Source: Octopus sinensis (Eukaryota). From it: 64,000 nucleotides of DNA. Location: positions 63,364,001 through 63,428,000 of the forward strand of contig NC_043008.1 of assembly GCF_006345805.1 (NCBI RefSeq). The letters are read 5' to 3'. Every line of letters starts with the position of its first letter. Within the stretch, counting starts at the first letter, position 1. Below the pieces are notes generated by a model that saw only the letters and a program-made list of their open reading frames with translations, was not told where the DNA came from and ran no database searches. Made by a program: the position numbers and the translations under genes. Below are positions 41,326 to 53,596 of this stretch, piece after piece.

Positions 41326-41326
<1 letters not shown>
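41005..41326 (+). mobile_element. Two essentially identical 141-bp R4/Dong 3'UTR copies (41005-41145, 41186-41326) separated by (TAA)n
   Basis: Both match the 3'UTR of the element at 42227-42676. Confidence 0.92.
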
Positions 41327-41404
<78 letters not shown>

Positions 41405-41416
41405 GATGATGATGAA

Positions 41417-41448
<32 letters not shown>

Positions 41449-41529
41449 GAAGAAGAAGAAGTACAACAACAACAACAACAACAACAACAAAATGATCAAA
41501 AACAAAGAATTAGAAGAGCTCCTAAATAT

Positions 41530-42070
41530 TGTCAATGCTTGTAAATACTTCAGAATTAAATCCCAGAGGATGTAGTAAATGGCGAGGGCGTCACCATCCT
41601 TTGGAACTTCCCAATACAAACAGACAGAAAAGTTGACTCCAATCGACCAGACATTGCGAGCAAGGACTGCAACAGAGGAACTTGTCTGTTAATAGATATG
41701 TCTGTCCCACAAGATCAAAATGTCTCAAGAAATGAATAGCTTTCTCACTATTAAAGATCTGCAAATTGAAATAACAAAAATGTGGAAGCTTAGTACTACG
41801 ACAATATCAGTAGTAATTGGTGCGTTTGGAATGATAAAGAAGGGAGCTGAGAAGTATATTAAGCAACTCACTGGTAACTCCAATTTCTGTGAACTACAAA
41901 AGGTAACCTCGTGGGTACAGCCCATATACTATGGAAAGCACTTTCCATCTAAAATGGAATAAATGTGGCGATAATTTTAGCATGCAAAGCAAAACAAAAG
42001 TGCCCTTGCTACTCTTGGCCTCTGGAGGATCCTGGTACAAAGGCAGCTTAAATAAAGTTATAATGAAATA
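41530..42070 (+). mobile_element. R4/Dong LINE 3' end (restriction-like endonuclease domain), older subfamily
   Basis: VTILWNFPIQTDRKVDSNRPDI...LLIDMSVPQDQNV...KDLQIEITKMWKL...VVIGAFGMIKK. Confidence 0.9.
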
Positions 42071-42179
42071 ATAATAATCATCTTTTCTACTATAGGCATA
42101 AAGCCTAAAATTTGAGGAGAGGGGAGTGTGCTAAAGATTCTGCCAGCTCACTGATTTAAAAGTAATAATAATAATAATG

Positions 42180-42226
<47 letters not shown>

Positions 42227-42229
<3 letters not shown>

Positions 42230-42675
42230 GTATCTGTCAAGACCTACCAAAAACTGAGCAAATATAAAGATCTTGAAATAGAAATCAGCAAAATGTGGAA
42301 GCTGAAGACTAAAACAATACCTGTTGTCATAGGTGCCCTGGGAATGATAGCAAAAGGGGCTGATAGCTACCTAACTCAGATACCAGGAAACCCCAAAATG
42401 GCAGAAGTTCAAAAGATAGTGCTCATGGGAACTGCTCATATCCTACGCAAAATACTCTCTATGTAATCTCAAGGTTAAAACAAACATAATTTTCGGTTTA
42501 AAAAAAAAAAAAACTTTTTTTTTTTTAGATATTCATTAGTACAACATCCCCACCCACCAAATATATGGCACACTAGGCATAACAACAACATGAACTTCCA
42601 AACCTGTTGTCTCTTGAGGTCTCTGGGTGAGACTTGGAGCCAACTTGTACAAATATAAAGCAAAAGTCAAACATA

Positions 42676-42676
<1 letters not shown>
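42227..42676 (+). mobile_element. R4/Dong LINE 3' end, intact frame plus 3'UTR, flanked by (TAA)n
   Basis: NVSVKTYQKLSKYKDLEIEISKMWKLKTKTIPVVIGALGMIAKG...QKIVLMGTAHILRKILSM*. Confidence 0.93.
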
Positions 42677-42717
<41 letters not shown>

Positions 42718-42718
42718 T

Positions 42719-43158
42719 AGAGCATCCCCTGTGATCATAATATCTCAGCGAAAGAGTTTGACAAGCTCAGAAAATATAAAGACCTACTCATTGAAATTGA
42801 GAAAATGTGGCATCTCAAGGCGGTTACAATACCAGTGATCGTAGGAGCACTAGGAATGATCAAGAAGGGAACCGAAAATTATATGAGAATGATCCCTGGC
42901 TTACCATCCCTGCAAGAAGTGCAAAAGATTGTCTTAACTGGTACATCACACATATTGAGAAGAGCATTGTCGATGTGAGAACTGTTGCTGCTCATGTATT
43001 TTAATTTAACTTTAAAAAAAAAAACAAAAAAAAAATGAACGAACAACTGAGTTTGGTTTAATGGCCTACCAATGTATACTATGAGTTTCTTTGCCCTAGG
43101 AGTCGGGAAGACACTCGGCAAGAAATGATAGCAAATTTGAAAGAAGAAGAAAAAAAAG
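42719..43158 (+). mobile_element. R4/Dong LINE 3' end, third subfamily, flanked by (TAA)n
   Basis: SIPCDHNISAKEFDKLRKYKDLLIEIEKMWHLKAVTIPVIVGALGMIKKG...QKIVLTGTSHILRRALSM*. Confidence 0.93.
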
Positions 43159-43179
43159 TAATAATAATAATAATAATGA

Positions 43180-43817
43180 TCCTTTCTACTAAAGACTCAA
43201 AGCCTGAAATTTGGGGGCTGGGGACTGGTTGATTACATCGTTCCTCCCCTCCATTACTAAACTGGTACTTAATTTATCAACCCCGAAAGGGTGAAAGGCA
43301 AAATCGACCTCGGTGGAATTTGAACTCAGAACCTAGCAATGGGTGAAGCATTTCATCCAGCATGAAAACAATTCTTATTTCTTTATTGCTCATAAGGGGC
43401 TAAACATAGAGGGGACATACAAGGACAGACAAAGGGATTAAGTCGATTACATTGACCCCCAGTGAATAACTTGTTCTTAATCTATCAACCCTGAAAGGAT
43501 GAAAGGCAAAGTCGACCTCGGTGGAATTTGAACTCAGAACCTAGCAATGGGTGAAGCATTTCATCTAGCATGAAAACAATTCTTATTTCTTTATTGGTCA
43601 TAAGGGGCTAAACATAGAGGGGACATATAAGGACAGACAAAGGGATTAAGTCGATTACATTGACCCCCAGTGCATAACTGGTTCTTAATCTATCAACCCC
43701 GAAAGGATGAAAGGCAAAGTCGACCTCGGTGGAATTTGAACTTAGAATGTAGCGGCAGACGAAATACCACTAAGCATTTCGTCCAGGGTGCTAACAATTC
43801 TACCAGCTCACCACCTT
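43180..43817 (-). mobile_element. Trimeric SINE1 array with a ~208-bp tandem unit
   Basis: ctcagaacctagcaatgggtgaagcatttc...ttatttctttattg is repeated at 43325 and 43533. Confidence 0.85.
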
Positions 43818-44504
43818 AATAATGATAATAATGATAATAATAATAATAATAATAATAGTGGTAGTAATAGTAGTGGTGGTGGTGGTGGTGGTAGTAGTAG
43901 TAGATTTCTTATTCCATGTTAGCATGATTTAGATGATTCATCACTACTCGACATGTTCCCCTTTATCTTGCTTCTGTGCACCCCAATGGCTAGAAATCAT
44001 ATTTTGTGTTATAAATACATATTCGAAAAATGGTTTGAATAAGCATTGTAAATTCCACAGCGATTTACAATATGTCATTCTTCTCGAAGAATAGAACAAC
44101 ACCCACTGGTGTATCTGTAAACGCAGTGAGGAAAATAGAGTTATGATGGCTATAGTCCATTCCATATAATTTCGTCAAGCCTGTGTGAATAACATTCCTC
44201 AGTATTGTTGGGTGTTTTTTCTCTTTAGTTTTTTCAATTCGCTCAACATGTTCCTGTGAAAACATCTTATTTATAGCACACCATATATTATATGGGTTCC
44301 ATTGATTGAGTTATGATTTGAAAACCTGCATTCGCTCATGAAAGTGATGTAATAGCACCGCATAGAAAATTTATAGTTTTATAATCCCTTCTAAAGGGAG
44401 ATTAATGTGTTTTTATTTCAACTTGAGTAGAGAATTTTCATATTTAAAAAAAAAAAAAAACCCAGCGTGATTGTAAGTGAAACATGTTATAATAAATCAC
44501 TTAC

Positions 44505-44763
44505 GGACATGGCATATAAATTTAATTTACAAAGATCTTCACGTTTGTTTCTTCTTTAAAAAATGGTAAAATGGAACAAGAGTTCCGTAATGTCTCGCAA
44601 TGATTCACATTAATTCCAGTTCTATTTATGACACTAAATATAAAATTTGCAAAAATTCGTTTTCTCATCGAAGTCATAAAAAAACAACACTGCACACAAT
44701 CATGTATTATTGATAAGCTGAGCATATTTACTTAGCAGAAGATTATCTACCAAGATATTAAAC
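44505..44763 (-). other. Candidate minus-strand exon (stops in all frames)
   Basis: On the minus strand: ttccatatttttcag|G acceptor and CC|gtaagt donor; further acceptors at 44325 or 44253. Confidence 0.35.
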
Positions 44764-46455
44764 CTGAAAAATATGGAAACCTATATAACATAAATGGGTC
44801 ACACATCAGATAAAACATACATTGTTCTTCTTTGATGAAATTACATTTTAAACCTGTTCTAACCTTAAAAGAATAAAACGAACAAAAATTTGCTAAAATG
44901 ACACCGGAACACGACTATCTCATCTAAGGTCTCTATCAATCAATGTTTGCTATGTATTTGCACATATATGTATAGATCCAGGCATTATTTTGCCTTTTAA
45001 TTTTTGAGGATAACAAGTTGTTGCCCACGTATGCAAGTCTCTCTTTTATGCATCCCTGATGTTTATCTAAGGTAAAGGTAGCTTATTTAGGTTTATGAAA
45101 TTAGGCAATAGTTTAATTGCAGATTTTGTCAGAAGACAAAGGTCTAAAACAGATACAAAGCATCTTGCACAACCTGCAAAAAGTTTTAGAAGTCCATCAC
45201 TTTGAATTATATATTTTTATCAAACATGAAAAAATATAAGGTCAAGTTGACCTTGGCAGGATTTGAACTCAAAGCATAAAGATTTGGAACAAATATAGAA
45301 TGCCATCCTATCCAAAGTTGAAATGATTCTGCCAGTGCTTTTTAAGTGGTATCAGCACCATTGCTTTTTAGAATCTTAATTTAGAATTGTTAATCCTTTT
45401 AAGCCTCTTCATGTTAATCTGTGGAGGTGCAATGGCCCAGTGGTTTGGGCAGTGGACTCACAGTTGGAGGAACACGGTTTCGATTCCCAGGCTAGGTGTT
45501 GTGTATGTTTATTGAGTGAAAACACCTAAAAGCTCCACGAGGCTCCAGAAGGGGGGGTGGCAACCCCTGTTGTACTCTTTCACCACAAGTTTCTCTCACT
45601 CTGTCTTCCTGTTTCTTGAGTAACGCTGTGGTGGACTGGCGTCCCATCCAGCTGGGGGGGAACACATATGCCACAGAAGCCGGGAAACCGAGCCCATGAG
45701 CTTGGCTAGGCTTGAAAAGAGCGACGTTTTATCATGTTAATCTGCAGAATCAGCCATTCCTTGAGACTACATAGACAACTAAGTTAAACCATAGTTTCAA
45801 GAAGAATTTGATAATGCATTGTTAAATTTCGAATGTTAAGACTATTAAATATGATCCATAAACCAAAAGACAGATATCTTACTCGCTTTGCTATATCTAT
45901 TTACTTTAACTCTTCAACCATTTTCTCCTTAGAATTGAAACTTTCTAGAATTTCATTGCAACACATATTCGCATTGGTTCAGTCCTACAGCATGGCACCT
46001 AGGACAAGTGTCTTTCACTATAGCTCTAGGTTGACCAAACTCTTTAGAGTGTATTTTGAGTGTGTGTGTATGTATGTATATATATATATGAATATATAAG
46101 AGAGACAGAGACAGGCAGAAACAAGGAAAATGCCACTTTTATTTGAATACTATGCAAATATCCTTTAAAAAACTTTTCTTTTAATTTTTCCAAAATTTAA
46201 TTGCATCATCATCATCATCATTATCATCATCATCTTCATAATCATCATCATCATCATCATCATCATATGCCAAGCAAGGTTGTTTGTTTCCAGTTTTTGT
46301 GAAATTCCTTTCTAACCTCTGGGGAAATATTAGCTTCTTCAAAAACATTTGTGGGCTAGTGACAGAAATTTGCTACAACCAATTCTGTTTGACCCACGTA
46401 TGCACAAAGTGGACATCAAAAGTTGCTGCTACTGTTGTTGATGATGAAGATGTTA

Positions 46456-46486
<31 letters not shown>

Positions 46487-46790
46487 GAGGAGGAGGATGA
46501 GAATGGTATTTTCATGGCCCCGATTTGCAGGAATTCAATGCTATCTTCAATTGTATGGTTTCTACGTGTCAGGAAACAGCTGTAAAATTCCATGGGTGTC
46601 ACTATTCCTCACTTCCCAGACAATGTAATAATTAACAACAATAACAACAACAACAACAACACAAACAACAGCAAAAACAGCAGCAACAACAACAACAACA
46701 GCAACACCCAGCATTAAGAATTCTTCAAAACATATATATATATCTGAATAAACTCACAACTGATTATAACTTTACCTGTTTTTCTTGCAG

Positions 46791-46870
46791 ACTTATGAAA
46801 GACATCAAATGAACATTTTGTTTTTGAAACTGAAAAGACTGGAATAAATGTTCTTAATCAGGCATAATCA
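46791..46870 (+). other. Candidate short terminal exon with poly(A) signal
   Basis: ctgat...tttacctgtttttcttgcag| acceptor; AATAAA at 46843-46848. Confidence 0.4.
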
Positions 46871-46970
46871 TTTTAAAACTAATGAGTGGAAAAAGAAAGA
46901 AACAAGAATTACCATTGTTGTAATTCTTCTTCTTCTTCTTCTCTCATCATCATCATTATTATTATTATTA

Positions 46971-47043
<73 letters not shown>

Positions 47044-49657
47044 TATCATCATGGTATAGTAAAGTATTTCCTTTTAAAATGGAGACTATCCTGTGGTGAA
47101 ATAAGTCAATTATTATGAAAGGCCACCACAGTAATGATATTAGGTATATGTAGATTAGAATAAGTAATACCTCCACATTCAGAGTTTCAATAAGATAGAT
47201 AATTAAGAACTCTAATGAAATATTCTGCTATTGGTTATGTCATGCTGTTCCCATAATGTTATTTTAAGTTAATTAAGAGCTATAATACTATTGAGCCAAC
47301 TTTGAGTTCTCAGTGTCTTTATTTACACTTGTGTGAAATATTGGAATATAAATATCCAGAAATATAAAACCAGAAGAATGTGAAAGTGAAAGTATATTGT
47401 TTAGTTGTTATAAGTTTTCTATTAGCATTGATTAACATTCACTTGTACAAAGATAAAGATTCTATGTCTGATAATAATCTCTTTCTTTGTAAGAAGTAAT
47501 TTACCTTTTCCTCTTATTTATTCTGCTTTTACTATTTTTTTTCCAGTTTTAGATAAAAACCATTTTTGTTAGTATGCTTAACCATAAATAGTGCATTTTG
47601 ACAGCTTACTGTATTATCAAGGAATTACAAGATCTTAACTGATAGAAAAGTTCTCAGAGATATATATTTCTTTTTTTTTTTTGTTTGACTGTTTTCAAGA
47701 TTATATGTAAGAATATTTTAACACTATAATTTAAATCTATTTCATTAAAAAAAAAAAATTACGTTTGTTTGCACAAGATGGAACTGAAAAAAATTATTTT
47801 CTGTTATCTTTATTTTGTCATTTTATATATAAATGGTCTTAAAAGAGCCATACTTCTTTCACATACAAAAACAAAAAACCTGCAGAGCAACAGATATTTC
47901 ATATAAAAAAAAAATTTCAAATATTAAACATTACAATTACGTTAGATATACTTTGCCTGTTTTTATGAAATATCTTCACGTTATTATCTGCTTTGTCATT
48001 TTACATTCTTTAACTTAAAATTAACATGTCAGGAACAGAAATATGTGACATTAAAAGAAAAGAAGTTTAGAAAATAATAAAAAAAACACACGTTTTAATT
48101 TTTTTCTACAAACAAATATTCATATTTAAAAATGTTAAAATATTCCAGTCTGTACTTGTCTGTGTATTTTTGTTTTATTTTTTATTTTTCTTAATATGGA
48201 AACATTTCTTTTTCTAAAACTATCTATTATTTATCTATATGTGAGTCTCGATATAAAGTTTTTTATTTTTTAACAAAATATTTTCTTTTATAAAATTTGT
48301 TTACTTATAAAACTTGGAATCTATATGTATATGTGTATGCTTGGATGTGAGTACATATATGTATGGATATAATGTATCTGAGTATATATGTGTAAGTATA
48401 TATGTATGTATACACATGTATGCATACATATATACATAAATATATGTATTCATGAATCTATATAGTATATATGTATACATATATGTACGTTTACACATAT
48501 ACATATATCTATGTGTGTATGTATATATGTATACGCTACCATTTTCCTTTGTATTTGTATAAAACTTCTGAATAGCTGTCAATCATTTTCAGACAACTTT
48601 GTTAACCAATGGTATTTCCTTTACTGTGAATGTCTGTAGTTTTCTGTTTTCTTTAAAAAAATATTGTTTATTCTGGAAAGCATCAGATAGTTTTATTAAG
48701 TAGTAAAAGGTTAAAGACCTCTTTCAGTTATGAATGACCATAAGATTGCACCTAGAAAGTTACCCTCTGATGCACAAGTCTGGGCAAGGTTGCTTATGGA
48801 AGACCAGCAGCTTCCCATGCATACCACCCTGTCCTCTCCATAATGATGTTATCCAAGGGAAAGCCAAAGGCCAATACAGCTTTGCACCATTGACATCACA
48901 ACTCATTTCTGCAGCTGAGTGAACTGGAACAACATGAAATAAAAAATCTCGCTGGTCTGGGAATTGAACTCACTACTTCATAATTGTGAGCCTGGCACTC
49001 TAACCACTGAGACATGTGCCTTTAGTTATTAAGTAGTGACCCATATTTTGAGGTTATATTATCTGATATCTCTTAGCAAAACCATTTAAAACCAGAGCTG
49101 GCAAGCAGGAACAGCTGTGCCAGGTTCCAGTATGATTTGACTTGGTTTCTACAGTCAGATGCCCTTCCTGATGCTGACCATTTTACTGGGTGTGATGGGG
49201 GCTTTTTTATGTGGAGCCAGCAAGGATGCTATTATGCGCTCACTGGCATGGGTGTTTTTTACATGCTACTGACACTGGTGCTTTTTATGTTACACCAGCA
49301 GAGGGCGCTGTCAATGAAATCAGTGTTACATGAAATTTTGCTGTGAAATATATTGATAAAAGCATTCTCTAAACACAGCTTTCTTTGGCCAAACTTAGCA
49401 ATCATCAACACCATCACAATATCTGCTGCCTCAGCTGACACAAACCTCACTGTCAAGATCATCATCATAATCACCACTATCATCCTCATTATTATTATCA
49501 CCATCATTCTTACCTCCAGGATCATCCTCATTTACTCAATGAAAAAAAAAAAAGTTAATTAAGTTTCCTTTATGCAAATTACTTATGTTGAAACGTGTTC
49601 TTACTCTTTTTGTATATTTCTAAATGTCTGGTCTGTTTCAGAAAATGTAGGGCAACT

Positions 49658-49702
49658 GCTGTGCTTATGATGCCTGTTAAGGCAGAAACATGTGTCAATA
49701 GC
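49658..49702 (+). ncRNA. Decayed minimal type I hammerhead ribozyme motif
   Basis: gctgtg-CUUAUGA-[UGCCU guua AGGCA]-GAAA-CAUGUG-UC-aauagc; core G5 is mutated. Confidence 0.6.
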
Positions 49703-50148
49703 TGTCTGGTTATCTCTAAGTAATCAGGATGCCTTTCCCTTAATACATACCAGTGGACACTTTGAATTTATTTCTCTTAGGTCATTTGTATTTCCTTTTC
49801 TACCATAATTTAGATTGACAGGTTGAGTTTTTCCTTCTTAGGACGGAAATTACACAGAGAAATTTAAGCACCATCATCATCAGTAGCCGCAGCAGTAGCA
49901 GTAGATGTGAAATGATGATGATGACGATGGTGACGATGATGTTCATGATGGGGATGATGGTGACAAAAGCTTTCTATAGAGTTCCCATCAGCCAAATTCA
50001 CCATTCGATCTATCACTCCAAAATTATGATAAAGGGAAGGAACTTGCTCAAGATGCTGTACAATGAGACTGAACTCAGAACCACATGATTGCAAAGCCAT
50101 CTGCCTAAACGTACATTTGTAAATTATTATATCTTAAAACATTTAACG

Positions 50149-50359
50149 TGTATTATCATACAGACAAGAAAATAATATTTTGAACGCAGTAGAGCCAGAA
50201 AAACATCAGAAAGATTAGGTATTTTACCGTTTTATGATGGAAGTCTGCAGATTTGAGTCCCATGGCTGTCATACAAGGGTAAAATTACCAATCTTTCTGA
50301 TGTTTTTCTGGCTGTATGGCGTTCAAAATATTACATTTTTGTCTGTATGATATAATACA
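50149..50359. mobile_element. Foldback MITE with ~90-bp imperfect TIRs; an extra arm at about 50726-50815
   Basis: tgtattatcatacagacaag...agccagaaaaacatcagaaagatt versus aatctttctgatgtttttctggct...gtctgtatgatataataca. Confidence 0.85.
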
Positions 50360-51849
50360 AAGTTTGTTTACATAGCTTGTTGCATTTCAAAAGAAACTAT
50401 GTTTATAGTGTTAATTTGCAGAAAATGTTGTCATCAGGCAGTACAGCTTAATCCTTTTGTTACCAATCTGGCTGAAACCAGCTCTGGCTTTGTAGTACAA
50501 AAGTCTTGTTTTTAAAAGTTCTGAATTAAAATCTCCCACCAAACCTTTAGCCACAATTTATGTTCCTTACACTAGCTTAATGATAACTAAGTTATTTTAC
50601 TAAATACTTTGTTATACTTAAAATAATTTAAAGAAACACAGAGCAGGGTTAATAAAATACTCAGCCAGTATCTGGGAGATGCAGATTTGTGTCTTGTAGC
50701 TGTCTGCTGACAGCTTTTTTTCCCCATCATACAAGGGTAAAATATCCAATCTTTCTGTTGTTTTCACAGCTATACTCCCTTTGAAATATTACATTCTTTT
50801 CTGTATGATACAATATGATACAATACACATTCGACACTTACAAAAGCAAAAATAGCTTGGTTACACATTGTTGAATTTATTGTATATGTTTAATTTATGA
50901 TATGGTCTCTTTTACTCACATACAAAAAGAATTGATCTGTCATGTATTTCATCTATAGCTGTTTCAAAATTTTTAAATCTATTTGATTTTAAAAATGTTT
51001 ATATATGGTTATACCTTGATTATTTTCTTGTTAGATAGGAAAACGTTTACGTCAGAAATTACGAAAGAAAAATATTTTAATCAAGAATTGTATGAGATTG
51101 GCTTCACTGCTTTTTGTGCACATATTCATAAATACCTTGGCATTTGTATTCCTATAAGCTATTTTATCTTAGAAATTTCTGAGCTATAATAATCTCTGAA
51201 AGGATTCATTAAAATTGTTTGCAGTCATTAGTCTGTTATAGCCTGTTATAGTTTATTTTAGTTTGCCATAGTCTTCTATAATCTACTATACTCAGCAAAG
51301 TTACACTCAAATACTTCAGTATAAACATTTTTACAAAAAAAGAAAATGTTAAATTATAACTGCAATTATTTGCTATTTTGATTGTCAGTATTAATATAAG
51401 ACTTTATCTCTGAGCACTTACATAGCTTCCTACTTGAGGTCTTCTGTTATTTCATCTTTATTTTTATATAATACGAGTTCTTTGTTTAGTTTTGTTTAAG
51501 TGAAGTAATATTTTGAAGAGATCAATTCAGATTTAGCTAACATCTCTTAGTGAAAAGTTACTTTTGTAGTTGATTTTCTTCTTGCAATTCTTTTTTTTTC
51601 TTTCTTTTTTTATCAGTGTATTTGTGTGATAAATTACCAATTGGTTCTCGCCATAAAGCACCATTATCTAGCGTATAATAACGTATAACTGTGATTAAAC
51701 AATGTCTTTAATAAAGACAGATGAAGTAGAACATCATAAAATACAAAACCACTTATCAGAAATACACAAACTATATAAAGATTTCTTTTACTCTTTTATT
51801 CTTCTATTAATCTCAATGATCGGCCTTTCAGAGTTTTCTGCTGATCATT

Positions 51850-52085
51850 TTAACCCCGGGGAGTATTCAGTATAGTTCTTCTTTTATTGGTCTATAATTA
51901 TCCAATGGTACAAAGGTATTTTTAACTTAAAGGGAAGCAACTTGATGTACCAATTTCGACTGGTATATAAACACATACTCACAAACATAGATACGTGCAT
52001 ATGAACATAAATAGCAAGTATTTCCAGGCTACATAATGAGTAGAGTGGTTTTTGAAAATGCTGTGAGATGAAAGACAAGGGTTAA
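51850..52085. mobile_element. piggyBac-type MITE family C
   Basis: TTAA-CCC...AAGGG-TTAA. Confidence 0.6.
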
Positions 52086-52134
52086 TGAACTAGTGAGAGT
52101 TAATGGCTATCCAGTTATATGATATTATGTAAGC

Positions 52135-52179
<45 letters not shown>

Positions 52180-52273
52180 GATATATATATATATATATAG
52201 ATATGTATGTATGTATTGTGTTTGTTTGCATACATATATTCATACATTATAAGTGTAAATATATATATGTATG

Positions 52274-52317
<44 letters not shown>

Positions 52318-52338
52318 ATGTTACATTACTCGGTAGTC

Positions 52339-52403
52339 AAGATAAAACTCTGAGTTTCAGATGCTGAAGTGGAAATCCACAACACCATCTCTTCGGTTAT
52401 CTC
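52339..52403 (-). ncRNA. Mirror copy of the same hammerhead-like motif on the minus strand
   Basis: Left arm of the palindrome; stem I GAGAUAA/UUAUCUU. Confidence 0.68.
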
Positions 52404-52405
52404 CG

Positions 52406-52470
52406 AAGATAACCGAAGAGATGGTGTTGTGGATTTCCACTTCAGCATCTGAAACTCAGAGTTTTATCTT
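52406..52470 (+). ncRNA. Type I hammerhead-like motif with variant core CCGAAGA
   Basis: AAGAUAA-CCGAAGA-[GAUG..GUGGA uu UCCAC..CAUC]U-GAAA-CUC A GAG-UU-UUAUCUU; 7-bp perfect stem I. Confidence 0.7.
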
Positions 52471-52577
52471 GACTACCGAGTAATGTAACATATTGTATAG
52501 ATAAATTTCCTCTATTTACATAATATTGAGGTCTCTTTCTTTCTTTTGTTATCTTACCGTTTTATCAATATATATAT

Positions 52578-52633
<56 letters not shown>

Positions 52634-52669
52634 ATATATATTTATGTGAAGCTAAATATATGTCTGGTT

Positions 52670-52731
52670 GTAGTGACCAATAATTTTGCATCCATAAAGT
52701 ACTTAGCTTTATAGATAACTTGTCAGACTCT
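52670..52731 (-). ncRNA. Decayed hammerhead motif at the 3' end of the PLE
   Basis: agagu-CUGACAA-[GUUAUCUAUAAAG cuaagua CUUUAUGGAUGC]-AAAA-UUAUUGG-UC-acuac; both core defects are G>A changes at inferred CpGs. Confidence 0.6.
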
Positions 52732-53596
52732 AATTGCCATGGGCATATAACCACTATTCAAACTGGAGGTAGGAAACAGCTATAGTTAGTTAATTTGTAA
52801 ACAAAAGAATAATATACATTGTCTGAATTATCTTCCTTAGACTGGTCCAGTTGGCAAATCTTATGGCCCTAAAGAGCAAGCAGGGAATCTTCCCCCTCAG
52901 GTTGGTTCTGATCAGTAAATACTTTTTACAGCCCTAATCGATGAACAGAGAATTGTATGTCTGCAGCAGGTAGAGTTTGAAATATGGGCAGGGGCTAAAG
53001 ATCTTGTGTCTGGAGTTTAAGAGAGATTCTGGATCCAGTGAGTCTTCAAGAATCTTTGCCCTCACTGCTGTGCAAAGCTTACATTGTCCACTCCTGACTG
53101 CCTTATGATCCTCCATTCAATTTCATATGGAGTTCTTTCATCCTTAGGTCACCACAGGTGGCTGGCCTTGGATGTGATGTAATGTCTTTCTGGAGACCGA
53201 AAAGAAGACCTATGGTTGCAGAGGCACTACTTAAAAGCAATTCTGGTCAATTCAATGTATCTCCAAAATTGAGTGCTAGTTGTGTTCATGTCTCTGGTGT
53301 GTCTTCTGTTAGATCTGGGTTTGGTGTTGTTTTTGTTGCTGCTGCTGCTGTTGATGATGGTGCTGAGATTGCTATCGATGTTAATTCTAATTGTGAAACT
53401 GGTAGTTTCATTGGTGCTACAGATGCTGGCATGGTCATTATGCCTGGCCATAATTCTGGTGCTGATATCACGTTCATTGCTGTCAGTGCTGGTATTTCTG
53501 CTGCTCAATGCATGGCCACCACTGCCATTGTTGTCATCGATGTTGTTGGATGAACAGCTGTGGTCATAGTCATCAGTGCTGGGGGTTTCTACCATT

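Larger units (their letters stand above)
52310..52568. mobile_element. PLE-type inverted terminal structure: 190-bp palindrome (52310-52499) plus unpaired tail, inside (TA)n
   Basis: 93-bp arms with no mismatch found and a 4-nt centre (ccga); (TA)n on both sides. Confidence 0.9.

Noticed and set aside
46565-46590. GAAACAGCTGTA half-motif (a similar one lies near 50950 on the minus strand)
   Set aside because: No upstream CUGANGA or stem I.
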